Assembly: GCA_009914755.4 (NCBI GenBank)
Contig: CP086569.2
Span: 18,624,001 to 18,688,000, forward strand
Length of the DNA stretch: 64,000 nucleotides
Origin: the human T2T-CHM13v2.0 reference genome, Homo sapiens
Direction: 5' to 3'
Each line of letters starts with the position of its first letter. Position 1 is the first letter of the stretch. The notes under the pieces are model-generated. The model saw only the letters and a list, made by a program, of their open reading frames with translations. It was not told the origin of the DNA and searched no databases. This document shows positions 43,190 through 58,042 of this stretch, in pieces. The position numbers and the translations under genes are program-made.

Positions 43190-43700
43190 CTAGTTTTATT
43201 CCATTGTGGTTGAAGAAAGCATTATATGTGATTTCAATAATGTTAGATATAATTAGAACTTGCTTTGTGGCCTACCACAGAGTCTATTCTGAAGATAGCA
43301 CAGAGAATAACACATATACACTTTAGAAGAATGTGTAGTCAGCTTGTGGAGTGTTTTGTATATGTCTGAGAGATTTATTTGGTTTATACTGCTTTTGAAG
43401 ACCTTTGTTTTCTTATTGAACTTGGATTTGGTCATTTTACACATTGTTGAAAGTGGGGTGTTGAAATCTCCAACTATTATTATTATTGCAGAACTGTGTA
43501 GCTCCTCAAATCTATTCATTTTTTGCTTCATATATCCTGAGGATCTTTTATTAGGTATATATGAAAGTGTTACATCTTCTTGATCAATTAAACAATTTTG
43601 ATATTTGTCTAATAATTCTAACTCTATTTTGGTTACCGTTTGCATTATTTTTTCCCCACTTTTAAAACGTTTAAAAAGTTATTCTGCTAGTCTTTGACAT
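43190..43700 (-). mobile_element. Ancient L1 (L1M) ORF2 endonuclease-domain fragment, antisense
   Basis: ORF 43253..43645 (minus) gives …IIIVGDFNTPLSTMCKMTKSKFNKKTKVFKSSINQINLSDIYKTLHKLTTHSSKVYMCYSL… Compare L1 EN LIIMGDFNTPLSTLDRSTRQKVNKDTQELNSALHQADLIDIYRTLHPKSTEYTFFSAPH. Confidence 0.7.
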
Positions 43701-44134
43701 TTAACTGGAGTTTATTTGGACTGAAATTAATTGCTGACAAGAATTTATTTTCCTATTTTTGTTCTTTTGTTCTACAAGTTTTGTTATTGTTGTTGTTATA
43801 TATCATTCCTCCAAAACTGCTCATCTTTGCATTTGTTTTTCTAGGGTACAATTTAGACTCCTTCATTTCTCTTCAGTATATTTGAACAGTTATTTTCTTA
43901 TTGGCTATTAATGGTATTATAATTAATATCTTAAATTCATAATAATATAGTGTGAATTACAATAACTTAGTATTGACATTATACAAAAATCATTTTCCCA
44001 TATTGCTCTCCCTACCTTTCTATGTTTTTTTGTCAAAAATTGTTTTTTATACAATATGTACTAACAACCCAGATATGTAATTATTGTTTTATTCTTTGTC
44101 ATTTCTTTATTTTATTATTGAATTTTATTTTACT

Positions 44135-44385
44135 TCATTTGAGACAGGGTTTCAGTCACATAGGCTAAATATGGTTCACTACAGCCTCGAGCTCCTGGGC
44201 TCAAGGGATCCGTCCACCTCAGCCCCTCATGTACCTAGGACAGAAGTGTATGCCACCACAGCTGGATAATTTTGTTCATTTTCTGTAGAGACAGGTTCAC
44301 ACTTTGTTGCCTTGACTGGTCTCATACTCCTCAGCTCAAGGAAATCCCGATCCTTGGTTGGGATTACAGTTGTGAGATACTGTAT
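44135..44385 (-). mobile_element. Alu SINE (old/diverged), antisense
   Basis: TTTGAGACAGGGTTTCAGTCACATAGGCTAAATATGGTTCACTACAGCCTCGAGCTCCTGGGCTCAAGGGATCCGTCCACCTCAGCCCCTCATGTACCTAGGACAGAAGTGTATGCCACCACAGCTGGATAATTTTGTTCATTTTCTGTAGAGACAGG…GGATTACAGTTGTGAG. Confidence 0.7.
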
Positions 44386-45837
44386 CTTTCCTCTTGTCAT
44401 TTAAATCTAGTAGAAAAATAAAGTCACAGAAACCCCATATACAATAATATTGGCTTTCCTATTTCTTGGTGTAATTACTTCATTGATGTTCTTTATTTCT
44501 TTATTTGCACATGAGGTGCTATTTTACTTTCATTCCTTACATGTTTTCATCATGTTTTGTAAGGCTGATCTAGTAGTAACGTACTCTCTTTAATTCTGTT
44601 TGCTTGGAAATGACTTACTTGCTCATAAATTTAAATTTTGGTTTGGACAGATATTGAGTTTATGATTGACTTAATTTTTTTTTATTTCAGCACTTTGAAG
44701 ATCTCAACACAGTGACTTATTTCCTCCATAATTTTTAATGAGAAATTGGCTGTTAATGTCATGGATGATAACTTGCATGTGATCAGTTACTTCTGTCTTG
44801 CTTCTTTTAAAGTTCTCTATTTATTTGTCTTCTGTCAGTTTCAGTGCATGTGTTTCAGTGTGGATATCTTTGATTTTATTCTTCCTGAAGTATTTTTTTT
44901 TTCCTTTGGAGATATTTGGATCAGTAGATTTCCATCTATCAACACATTTGTGAAGTTTCAGCCACTGTTCATTCAAATATTCTTTTTTTCCCCTGTATTT
45001 CTCTTTTTTCAGTGAAACTCCCATTATGAATATGTTGATATTCTTGATAGAATCCCATGGCAACCTTAGTTTTGTTCATTATTCTTGTTCCTGTTTTTGT
45101 TTCATACACTGAATAATATCAAACAATCCATCTTCAAGTTGCCTCATTACGCTTTTTGCATGCTCACACAAGCTATTCAATCTTTCTAGTTACAGATTAT
45201 TGATTTCATTTTTTAAATAATGTGTATGTCTTTATTGGTATTTTCAATTTTGAATCACTGTTCTACTGGGTTCCCTTAGGTCTTTGAGAACAGACCTTTG
45301 AAGGTCTCAATTCTCTTCTTTTTGAAGAGAATTGAAATATTTCCCTAGTTAGTACCATGCCTGGGCTTTCTGAAATAGCTTCTTTTAATTATGTTTTCTC
45401 TGAATGTGCTTTTTTTGCATTTATCTTTGAATGCCTTTTATTTTATTGTTGAATGCTGAACACTTTGCATATTATTCAGCATACTCAGATAACAAATTCT
45501 TGACCTCCACAATTGCTTAGCTTGTGGGTTGTGTACTTGTTTAACAACTCCTTACAGCTAGTTTTGTAGTCTGTATTCTTTGTCATGTGTGGCCACTTAA
45601 CCTGTGTTCTGTCATCCTTTTGGTCATCTACTATCTTTGACACATTAAAAAAAATCATAGGAAAGAAAAGAAAAAAAGGAAAAGAAAGAAAAGAAAAACT
45701 ATTCAGAATTTGCATATAGACTTTTCAGGAACTCTAGTGTTTAGTCAAAAGTCAGGGAAAAGTGAAAAGTTTTGGGGTCTTCGCCATGCATGCATCCAAA
45801 AGTGGACATATTTATATCCTTCTAAATATACCAGTAG

Positions 45838-46168
45838 GAGTCTGGGTGTGGTGGTTCATATCTGTAATCCCACCAATTTGGAAGGCTTGGAGAACAAATC
45901 ACTTGAGCCCAGAAGTACGAGACCAGCCTTGACAACATGGAAAGACTCTTCTGTATAAAAAAATACAAAAATAAGCTAGTTTTGGAGGCCCATGCCTGTA
46001 CTGTGAAATGCTGAGCGGGGAGGATTGGTGGAGTCCAGAGAGGTGAGATGCTCAGGAGGCTGAGGTGGCAAGATCATTTGAACCCAAGGAGGTTGCCGCT
46101 GCAGTAGGCCATGATCCTGCCACAGGACTCCACTGTGGGCCACAGGGCAAGTTCTGTCTCTATTTAAA
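45838..46168 (+). mobile_element. Alu-derived element (old, with internal indels)
   Basis: GGAGTCTGGGTGTGGTGGTTCATATCTGTAATCCCACCAATTTGGAAGGCTTGGAGAACAAATCACTTGAGCCCAGAAGTACGAGACCAGCCTTGACAACATGGAAAGACTC…GGAGGCTGAGGTGGCAAGATCATTTGAACCCAAGGAGGTTGCCGCTGCAGTAGGCCATGATCCTGCCACAGGACTCCACTGTGGGCCACAGGGCAAGTTCTGTCTC. Confidence 0.6.
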
Positions 46169-46781
46169 ACCCAATCCAATATAAACAGCAACGAACTGTG
46201 AGAATTTTTCAAAGCTGATTTTCCACATCACTTTTCTTCACCAGCCACTTCTTTCCAGGCATTTTGTTTGTGTACTACTTGACCTGACTCTTATTCCTTG
46301 CTATAGGTGGCTCTGACTAGTATATTTCCTTTCCGCAAATGCCTCCTGGGAGTCAACTTCTGCACCCAAGAAAGCTCTGAGGTGGGCTAAAGAAAAGACT
46401 CTGAACTGAAAATCTCCAAGGGAACCTCAGACATTTTAAATCACACAACCGCAATTATTTGAAATAAGTTCTGTATTTCCACACATGCATCAAAATCTGC
46501 ATCTAGAATTTAATCTTATTCACGGTTTCCATGAAGCCATGGAGTGGGTGATGATGGGAAGTTAAAATGCCACATACTGTCTTGCCCAAACTTAGAGGTC
46601 AGGTCTTTCTTCATTAAACGCACCCTTGAGTGACGTTATTAGATTCCAGAGCTCCAAAAATCAAGTCTGAGGTTGTTGTCTCTTCCTTATATCTCTTCAC
46701 TTTTAACCCAATTAACTTTAATTACAGCGTAAAATAGAAAGTTGATTAAATCTACCTTGCTTTTTAATGTTCGGAGAGGTA

Positions 46782-47067
46782 TTTTTTGAGATGGAGTCTC
46801 ACTCTCTCACCCAGGCCAGAGTGCAGTGGTGCGATCTTGGCTCCCTGCAGCCTCTGCCTTCCAGGTTCAAGGGATTCTCTTGTCTCAGCTTCCTGAGTAG
46901 CTGGGATTACAGGCATGCACCCCCATGCCTAGCTAATGTTCTTATTTTTAGTAGAGAGGGCGTTTCACCATGATGGCCAGGCTTGTCTCAAACTCTTGAC
47001 CTCAAGTCATCCACCTGCCTCAGCCTCCCAAAGTGCTGGGATTACAGTCATGAGCCATCGTGTCCAG
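46782..47067 (-). mobile_element. Alu SINE, antisense
   Basis: TTTTTGAGATGGAGTCTCACTCTCTCACCCAGGCCAGAGTGCAGTGGTGCGATCTTGGCTCCCTGCAGCCTCTGCCTTCCAGGTTCAAGGGATTCTCTTGTCTCAGCTTCCTGAGTAGCTGGGATTACAGGCATGCACCCCCATGCC…CCCAAAGTGCTGGGATTACAGTCATGAGCCATCGTGTCCAG. Confidence 0.9.
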
Positions 47068-48689
47068 ACTGTTTTGTAAGATTTTATTTGACACTGCTTC
47101 CATCATTATCATGAAAGCCATTCTGTCTTTCATGTAATAAGTAATAGTTAAGAAATACATGTTTTTGTTAGCAACTTATAAGTGATATGACTTTATTGTT
47201 TTCCAAATTATTAAGAGTTCAGTTTTCATTTCACCATAGCATGGTAGTTGTTACAAAAAATTAAGTTCCATCTTGGGTCAGTTTAATCTCACAGTCTCTA
47301 ACTAAAGTATTTGAGCGTAAAAATTAACTCTCTAAATAGACTACGTAATGTGCAGCTCATGTATTATTATTACATTAGTGGTGTTTTATATAATTAAATG
47401 TAAGGATGGTATTTTAGGACATTATCATACTCATCTTGTAGAGTCATACCCTCCTAAGAAGACAGAGTTACACTAGGTAGTTGTAGGCATATCACCATAG
47501 AGTTCAAAAGACACTCCTCAGATTTCACTAGGAAATGAGAAGTGAAATGTTACGACTGTTCTGGAAATATGGCCCTAACCAGTAAGGAGAAAGCTTGTGA
47601 CCTCTACAATAAAAGGAATGATAAATAATAAATTACTTGAGATTTTTCCATGTTTGTTTCCTGTATTGAGTTTTGAATAATAAAAAATGTAAATAATAAC
47701 TGTAATAATACATTTAAGTAATAAAAACGTTTAAGTAAATTTTAACTATTAAACATTTATATTTATTTATATGAATTAAATGGTCAATGTACATTTCTTT
47801 ATTCATATAACTTCAACAGGCTCTCAAGTATAGAGAAGAATATGTCAAGTTCACACCTCTAAATGTCTTACAGCTAGGATGGATACAAATGGAAGGAGTG
47901 AGTGAAAAAATAACATAAGCTTATCTGCAAATCAACTAAAATATTGTTTCATAAATACTATGTAGACTAAGTATTCAAAAACAATACTGAAATTACAAAG
48001 TTGTATTATTTATTATAATATTAAACACTTAGAGAGAGGTTATTATATCTCAGAATTTTAGCTTAAAATGGTGGATATAATAGTAAATAACACTGAAATG
48101 GCTCCTCACTTCATAAAGTAACAGTTAATAGTAAAGCAGAAAGGATCAAGAATAGAAAGGAAAAGACAAGAGATGTGTTTTATTCATTGAAAAGTAGAAT
48201 AATTCTAGACCCTCAATGAAAAATGAATTGAACAAGGTAACACAGAAGAAGGAAGTAAATTAAGATGTTGATACTATCATTTAGGGAACAATAAATGATG
48301 ACCTCACCTTTAATGCATAAACAGCAACAAGAAAAAAAAAACATTTGTAGGTGGTAGATAATAAAAAAGTTGTTATAGATAAAATATGAAAGAGACGAGG
48401 GAAAATAATTGGACGTGGAATATCCCCAGTTTTTATGTTATACAGGTGATGTAGTTTTGGACAAAAAATGATGGAAGAGAGAGGCATGTAGAAAGTGTAA
48501 AGAAGTTCAGGGGAAGTTTTAAATTTAGCTCTCTTAATCTTGGGTCACTCATCAGAAAAAGGAAAGCACAATGTTAGAAATTCAGAGATCATATCACTGG
48601 TTGAATTCCGATCATATCACTGGTTGAATTCCTTAGTACTACAGGTTTAAAACTTAAGAGGCTTTTGTCTCAAAACAACATCAACAAAA

Positions 48690-48900
48690 AGCCAGGTGTG
48701 GTAGTGTGCATCTGTAGTCTCAGCTACTGAGGAGACCAATGCAGGAAAATTGCTTAAGCCCAGCAATTTGAGGCTGTAGTCAGTCAAGGTCTCACTACTG
48801 CACTGCAGACTGCGTTACAGAACACTTTCTTAAAAAAAAGAAAGGAAAGAAAAGAAAAAGGGAAGGGAAAAGGGAAAGGAGAAAGGGAAGGAGAAAGAGG
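48690..48900 (+). mobile_element. Partial Alu (right-arm-like) followed by a GA-rich simple repeat (GAAAG/GGGAA)n
   Basis: GCCAGGTGTGGTAGTGTGCATCTGTAGTCTCAGCTACTGAGGAGACCAATGCAGGAAAATTGCTTAAGCCCAGCAATTTGAGGCTGTAGTCAGTCAAGGTCTCACTACTGCACTGCAGACTG… then AAAGAAAGGAAAGAAAAGAAAAAGGGAAGGGAAAAGGGAAAGGAGAAAGGGAAGGAGAAAGAGG. Confidence 0.6.
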
Positions 48901-49312
48901 TATTCTGTGTAGTTATATTAGTGGTCTAACAAACAGACATCTACGAGATAAAATGAAACAAAACACACTGACAATTAAATAGAGAAATCAGACGAAAGTT
49001 GAGTCATGTAATCCAAAGCAAAATAGTATTTCAAGAATGAGGGTGTGAATCAGTTTTACAGATACACACGACTGTTTGAGTAATACGCAATAGACAAGTG
49101 ATATATGGGATTTAGTGACAAGTATAAGATATGATTCCAAAAACAGGGTAAATGCCTGAAGAAAGGAGAGTTAAGAAAAATAAAATTAAACCTTGTCACA
49201 GGCAACTCTTTCCATGAGTCTTCCTATCATAGAAAATAAATAAATGAGTTGACAGTGGCATATCTAGAACTAAGACAAGCAGCATGTAGATCTAGTAAAG
49301 AAAATGATCAAA

Positions 49313-49600
49313 TGGGGTGTGGCATCTTACACCTGTAATTGCAGCACTTTGGGAGGCTGAGGTGGGGGATCATTTGAGGTCAGTTTGAGACCAGCCTTGG
49401 CAACACGGTGAAACCCCATCACAATTATAAGTTCTAAAACTAGCCAAGCGTGGTAGTGCATACCTGTAATATCAGATACTCAGGAGGCTGAGGCAGGAGA
49501 ATCAATCACCTGAATCCAAGAGGCCAAGGTTGCACTGAGTCAAGATTGTGCCAGAGACTCTCTCTCAAAAAAATTAAACTAAACTAAAATAAAAAGAAAT
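49313..49600 (+). mobile_element. Alu SINE
   Basis: GGGGTGTGGCATCTTACACCTGTAATTGCAGCACTTTGGGAGGCTGAGGTGGGGGATCATTTGAGGTCAGTTTGAGACCAGCCTTGGCAACACGGTGAAACCCCATC…GCCAAGCGTGGTAGTGCATACCTGTAATATCAGATACTCAGGAGGCTGAGGCAGGAGAATCAATCACCTGAATCC. Confidence 0.85.
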
Positions 49601-50218
49601 GATCCTGCAGGTAGAGCAAAGAAGTAATGGTACAAGGAGACAACAAATAATAAGCAAATCAGTGTTTTAAGAAGCTGGGAAATCCAAAGCAAAGGCGAAG
49701 AGGGTCATAACAAGGAGCAGTAAAAAATATACACAAATCTACACAAGTTTTATTTTTGGTGGTGATTTCTCAGGAAAAAGAAACACAAAAGAAAGTGTGA
49801 ATAAGAAAGTTGTCACCATTGCCTTGGTAGAAAAAAATGGAGAAAAACCACCACCAACAAAATAATGTAAATTATACAATGTTAAGATCTAGTGTTCTTC
49901 ATCCCTTCCCATGGTGTTTGTTTCCTCAAGAAATAACAGAAGCCAAATATTCAAAATAGAAGGAAACATTAGCATATATTACTGTCTACATATATTAAGT
50001 CAAGTTTGTTTTAACTGCAATTCATTCTTTTAAAATTTGTATTTTAAATTAACAAATATAAATATTTATGGGACACAAAGTGATTTTATAATTCATGTAT
50101 ATATTGCAAAAGAATTATATTGGGCTAGTTACCATATCCATTACCTCACATACATACCATTTCTTTCTTTGTGGTAAGAATATATAAATTCTACATTTTA
50201 AACAATCCTTATTTTTGA

Positions 50219-51230
<1,012 letters not shown>

Positions 51231-51773
51231 TGACCCCAAAAGCACAGACTAGAAAAGCACAACAAAAAACAATTGGATCACATTACATCAAACTAAAATG
51301 TTTCTGTACCACAGAGGGAAAAGGGTGAAAAGCAAATGTTCACTGATAGTGTATATGCTATATTACAAGCACTTATTAAATTAAAGGTATAGGTTCCAAA
51401 ATGTACTAGGTGAAAAATGTATTATGGTTATTTTTTCTGCTTAGTTTTTGTAGCCAGATGGATTTTTCATTTTGTTTTGTTTAATAAGCTGTACAATTAT
51501 ATTTAAGAAAACAAAAATTATTAATGCATAGTCACATTAGAAAAATCAATTTTATTAGAAACTACTTCCAAGGTTTTGTTGTTTATATTTTTTATGAGTA
51601 TCTTTATAAAGTCACACTCAGCCTCTTTACTCTTTGTTCTGTGAAAGTATATATGGATATTGCATACTCACTTATTGAAAATATCCTACCCTTCTCCATG
51701 AGTGATAGTAATTCCTCAGCTGCTTACTTTTATTCTTTTAACTGAATTTTCTCCAGATGCTTACACAATATCA

Positions 51774-51890
<117 letters not shown>

Positions 51891-51893
51891 CTA

Positions 51894-52034
<141 letters not shown>

Positions 52035-52103
52035 TCATTTGACAGCTGCAGTTTCACTGCTGACAAGCAGGAGAATTGATGGCAGCATATACTAGCATGA
52101 TTA

Positions 52104-52475
<372 letters not shown>

Positions 52476-53528
52476 TCATTAGTAATGGCCACTTTCTCTT
52501 TTAAACTTGCCAAGTTAAGATATATTTCTCCCAACCCACCTCCTTCGGAAAATAATTTACATACAAAAAAGAAAGAAAAAAAAAGATTTGTTATCTTTCC
52601 ATTATCAGGGATTTAGTGAATATATGCATGCAAAACATATAAAATAAAGAATAAGTGAATACACACATACACAAATTTATAAATGTATATACACATTCCC
52701 TTAAAATAAAATAACTGGAACTCATGAAATTGGATAGAGACATTTGTATCTGACGTTACAAGGTGTGACAGCACCTAGAAAGAAGTCTCAATTAAGAACA
52801 AATAAAATTGCGTGAATTAGATCTTGAAAAGGTAGTTTCTTTTTTATATAAAGTTAGAGTGTAAAGTAGGAAATTACGGTGTAAAATAGGAGGTGAATGC
52901 AATATAAACTGTGTTTTAGACTCTGGTGATAACAGGAAATCGGAAATAAGCTGTGGAGTTCAAGTAAATTCTGGAAGTGGAGCTGCCAGATTTTGCTGTG
53001 TGATGGAATACAAGGTACTAGAGAAGCAGAAAAATTAAAAGTTTTAGAAATTAAGTGATTTGTGTGGGCATGTTTTTGTTTGTGTGTACTTAGGTAATTT
53101 TATCAGAAGTTTTTAATACGAAAATTAATTTAATTTTGACATTGTTATCCCAATAATTAGACTAATATGCACAAGGAAGAAAAACAAAATTATGTAGTAG
53201 CTGTATAATCAGTTTAAACAATCTTCTACTACATTCAGTTGAAAGAGTAAAAATTCATTTCACATATACAGAAGGGTTAAAATAATACAGTCTTCATACA
53301 CAATGAAATGAAGCCAGAAAACAAAAAGAGGCCAAATAGTCTTTACTCATCTAAAGTAACTATTCATTTTCTAACACCATTTAGAAAATGAATATCGAGA
53401 GTCCATTTATTCCTTCAGGGATACCCAAAGAGAAACTCTAAAGCAATAACATTCTTAACTGCATTTATGAGAAATAAGACTGAATAAAAAGAAATGATCT
53501 AAAAGTTAAATTTTAGAAAGTAAATTTT

Positions 53529-53775
53529 AGCTGGGTGTAGTGACTCATACCTGTAACCCTAGCACTTTAGCAGGCTGAGGTGAGTAGATCACTTGAGCCC
53601 AACAATAACAACAAGAAAACACCAAAAATGTTATCCAGGCATGGTGGCACATTCCTGTAGTCTCAACTATTCAGGAGGTGGAGGTGGGATGCTCACTTGG
53701 GCGAAGGAGGTAGGCATAGTACATTTTGCCTTGGGACATTTATTTGCCTGTCCCCTTGCCCCAGCACTTTGGGAG
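53529..53775 (+). mobile_element. Alu-derived sequence (degenerate/rearranged)
   Basis: GCTGGGTGTAGTGACTCATACCTGTAACCCTAGCACTTTAGCAGGCTGAGGTGAGTAGATCACTTGAGCCCAACAATAACAAC…CCAGGCATGGTGGCACATTCCTGTAGTCTCAACTATTCAGGAGGTGGAGGTGGGATGCTCACTTGGGCGAAGGAGG…CCCAGCACTTTGGGAGGTTGATACCC. Confidence 0.6.
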
Positions 53776-54640
53776 GTTGATACCCAGGGGTAATCATGTA
53801 GACCAACCCCGGCAACAGATTAGAAACTATGATCTCCGCAGAATGGAGCTGAGTTCCAGTCAATATTCCCACTGATTGACTACAGTAACCTCAGACACTG
53901 AATAAAGATCAGAGGGCAGACCATGGAAGTTACAGGCCTTGAGTGCATCCAGTGCTCAACTGTGTGATACAGGTGCAACCTGGCACTGAGTCGACTTTGT
54001 CAGTCAAATTACTCCAGCCATGAAAGTCTGCTCATTAATGTTTCCCCTCGTGCTACCAGGGCTGAAGCTATCATAGGCTAAAATACCTTAATTTCCTCCT
54101 CCTTGCCCTGAATCTCCGGACAGCCTTACTGTGGAAGAAAGCTTCCAAACAAAGGCAAACTACAAACACTGCATTAGGCACCTACATCACTGCACAGACA
54201 TTGATGCATAGTCACAAGCATTAGGATCAATGAGAGAAACATGACGGCATCAAGTGGTCAAAATAAAGTGCTGGTGGTGACTGACCCAAAAGAGATGGGC
54301 ATGGACACAAGGCCTGACAAGGAATTCAAAATACTTGTTTGAAGACAATGCAGTGGACTTCAGCAAAACACAAAGAATTCTGAAATTTATCAGAGAAGCT
54401 TACAGAAGAGATTAAAATACGGGAGGAAAAAACAAACAGAAATCTTGAAGAATAAAACACAACAAAATAAAAAATGCAATTGACAGCAGTGACAATAGAA
54501 GTGGTCAAGCAGCAAAACTCAAAGGGAGGTCAATTCAAAATATACAGTTAGAGGAGAAAACATAAATAAGATTCATGAGATTAATGGGATAACATCCAAA
54601 GAGCCAATGTGTCAGACACTGGCATTCAAGAGTGTGGTAG

Positions 54641-54951
54641 AGCCGGGTGTGATGGCCCATGCCTGTATCTTCAGCACTTTGCGGGGCCAAGGCGGGTGGA
54701 TCATATGTTGTCAGGAGCTTGAGAGTAGCCCGGACAATATGGTGAAATGGTTTATCTATTATAATACAAAAATTAGCCGGGTGTATTGGTGGACATCTGC
54801 GATCCCAGCTACTCAGAAACCTGAGTCAGGAGAATCACTGGAACTCAGGAGAATCACTGGAAACCAGGAAGTGGATGCTGCAGTGAGCCACAATCACACC
54901 ATTGCACTCCAACCTGCGAGACAAGAGCAAACCTCCATCTCAAAAAAAAAA
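54641..54951 (+). mobile_element. Alu SINE with poly(A). Contains an internal 19 bp tandem duplication (GAGAATCACTGGAACTCAG / GAGAATCACTGGAAACCAG)
   Basis: AGCCGGGTGTGATGGCCCATGCCTGTATCTTCAGCACTTTGCGGGGCCAAGGCGGGTGGATCATATGTTGTCAGGAGCTTGAGAGTAGCCCGGACAATATGGTGAAATGG…TTAGCCGGGTGTATTGGTGGACATCTGCGATCCCAGCTACTCAGAAACCTGAGTCAGGAGAATCACTGG…GCAGTGAGCCACAATCACACCATTGCACTCCAACCTGCGAGACAAGAGCAAACCTCCATCTC A(10). Confidence 0.85.
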
Positions 54952-54999
54952 AGTGTAAGAAAAGAGTAGAAAGCTTATTTGGATAAATAATAACAGAAG

Positions 55000-57930
55000 C
55001 CTTTTCAAACTTAAATAAAATATAAATATTCTGCTATAGGAATCTTGAAGGCTTACAATCACATTCAATTTCAATAAACATATCCCTGTGACTTAATATA
55101 ATCAAACCACCAAACATCAGAAACAAAGAGAGGATACAGAATTAAGCAGCAGAAAAAAAATAACATATTATAACGGGAATACATCCATACAAATAATATA
55201 TGCATATATATAATACAAATGTTAATAGATCCAAAGGAAGAAAAAAATGCAAGATAATATTAGAAAAATTCAGCACCTTACTTTCAGCAATGAATAGATA
55301 ATGCAGACAGAATTTAACAAGTAAACATTGGATGAAAATGCCATGTAGTGAAAATGCTAAAAACAGTTACTGAACTATCCATCCAAGAGCTATAGAATAA
55401 ACATTCTTCTCCACTGCATACATGAGATATCTTTCAGGATATGTCATACATTAGGTAAAAAATCACATCTTAATGAATTTGGAAAGATCAAACTCACATA
55501 AAGTATCTCTTCTGAAATCACTAATTCATAAGTACATCAAAATTAAACAACATGCTCCTGAATAACCAATGAGTCAGTGAGGACATTAAAGAGAAAACAC
55601 CATATTTCTTGAGACAAAAATAGAAACACAACACACCAAAACCTATGAGATTCAACCAAAGCAGTTTTAAGAGGGAAGTTATGACAATAAATGCCTTCAA
55701 CTATGAGAAGATATCAGATATACAACTTGATGTTTCAATGAAGGAATTAGAAAAACATAAATCTAAACTCAAAAGTAAAAACAAAAAACAAAAACAAAAA
55801 ACAACAAAAGAAAACAAAGCCCCTGATAAAGGAAATCAGAGCCATAAAAGAGATACCATAACTGATACCCAGAAACAAATTAATGGTAAGAAATCAAATC
55901 AGCAATAAAAGATCACCTATTAAAGAAAAGCCCAGGACCTGATGTATTCACTCTTGCATTCTACCTACCACAAAAAATAAACTGCTGCCAATTTTTTTTA
56001 ACCTAGTCAAAACATAACACAAAAAGGAAGATATGGGAACTGTTCCAACTCATTCCATTGGGATGGCATTATTCTGATTACAAAACCAGACAAGGATACA
56101 AGAAAAAAGAGAGAACTATGGGCCAAAATATCTGATAAACATAATGTAAAAATCCTCAATAAAATACTGGGAAAATGACTTATAATGCCCATTTAGAAAA
56201 TCATTCACCGTGATCAAGTGAGATTATAGGGATGCAGGAATGGTTTAATACACTAGAATCATTAAATGTCATACATTATATCAACAAAATAAAGAACAAA
56301 ATCTATGCAGTCATTTCAATAAGTGAAAAAAGTTTTGACAAAATTCAACAGTTTCACAATAAAATCTCTTAACAAATTATGCGTGGAACAACCGTAACTC
56401 AACACAACAAAAGACACAGACCCGAATAACCAGATAACACCACATATACAAGCCCTTAGCTAATATCACACTCAAAGGGAATTAAAAGTTGAAAGCTTTT
56501 CTGTGAAGATCTGAAGGAAGACCAAGATGTTCATTTTCACTACTTCTATTAATGTAATAATAAAAGTCCTTAGCCGGAAAAATTAGACAAGAGAAAGTAA
56601 GAAAAGCTACCCAAATTAGAGAGGAAGAAATAAAATTGTCCATACATGCTAATGACAAACTATGGAAATCCTTAAACACACAACTAAAAAGTAGTTAGAA
56701 CTAATACAGAAGGTCAGTAAAGTTTCAGTTTACAAAATCAACATATAAAATTGGATAGCATTTCCATACACTAACAGCAAAATACCAAAAAAAACAACAA
56801 CAACAACAAAGATTAAGAACACAATCTCATTCACAATAGGTATGGGGGATAAAAGGGAATAAATTTAACCAAGGAGATTTAAAAAATCTGCATTCTGAAA
56901 TCTATGAAACACTAATAAAATGTTAAAATGACATAAATGAGTGGAAAGATATTTATGTTCATTGATTGGAAAAAGTAATATGGTTAAAATGTTTATATGA
57001 TCCAAAGAAGTGCACAAGTTGAGTGCAGTCTCTATCAAAACACCAATGGCATTTTTCACAGAAATTGAAAAAAATCCTAAATAAATATGAAACCACAAAA
57101 ATAAAACCATGAATAGCCAAAGCCATCCTGAAGATGTCAATGGGGTTAGGGATTGAATCCACAGAACTGGGCATGCCACAATGCTATAAACCAATACAAC
57201 AGAACACAGTGAGCAAAAATAAATCTACACCTGTATAGCCAACTGATATTCTGCAGAGGTGGCAAGAAAACCAAATGAGGAAATGTCAGTCTCTTCAATA
57301 AGTGGTGCTGGGAAAACAAGAGAGCTACATGCAGAAGGACCTAATTACAACCCTATCTCTCACTGAATACAAAAATTAACTCAAATGGATTAAAAAGCCC
57401 GGTACAGTGATGTGCCCCTATAATTTTAGCTACTCAGGGGTCCCAGAAGGGAGGATCACCTGAGCCTAGCTGTTCAAAGCTATAGCGTGAAACACTTATG
57501 CCACTGCACTCTACACTAGGTAATATTGTGAGACCTCACCTATAAGAATACATACTTAAAAACATTTAAAATTAAAGATGTAATGACAACAGCAATCTGT
57601 CAAACTAGTAGAATAAATCACAAAATATATTTAATGACCTTGGTCTGGGCAAGAATATTTTTGGATAAGACTTCAAAAACACAAGCAAAAAAAATGCACA
57701 AACAGAAAAATAAGGTTACATCATACTAGAAAAATTCCTTACAGCAAAAAATAAAAATAAAATAAAATAAATCACCAGACTAATGTAATGAGAGCAAATA
57801 TTTGCCAACTGTATATCAGACAAGGGGTTAATCAAAATGTACAAGGAACTAAAAACAGATTCAAAAGAACAAGAAAATAATAACCCAATTAAAAATAAGT
57901 ATCTTCTGTTTCCCAAAGAATGTATATACA
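55000..57930 (+). mobile_element. Ancient L1 (L1M-type) ORF2-region fragment, sense, with an Alu right-monomer-like insertion at 57398-57540
   Basis: Frame-broken translations resemble L1M ORF2 (…ETKIETQHTKTYEIQPKQF… resembling …[29 protein letters not shown]…, then …KKSPGPDVFTLAFY… resembling KKSPGPDGFTAEFYQ, then …ISKQGVNQNVQGTKNRFKRTRK… resembling [25 protein letters not shown]). Confidence 0.5.
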
Positions 57931-57937
57931 CAGCTAA

Positions 57938-57971
57938 CAGGTGTGTGTGTATGTGTGTGTGTGTGGCTGTG

Positions 57972-58002
<31 letters not shown>

Positions 58003-58012
58003 TATACATAAA
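57938..58012. repeat. (GT)n/(CA)n dinucleotide microsatellite, compound
   Basis: GTGTGTGTGTATGTGTGTGTGTGTGGCTGTGTATATATACACACACACACACACACACAC. Confidence 0.9.
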
Positions 58013-58042
58013 TATCTCAACATTTCTCATCATCACAGAATT

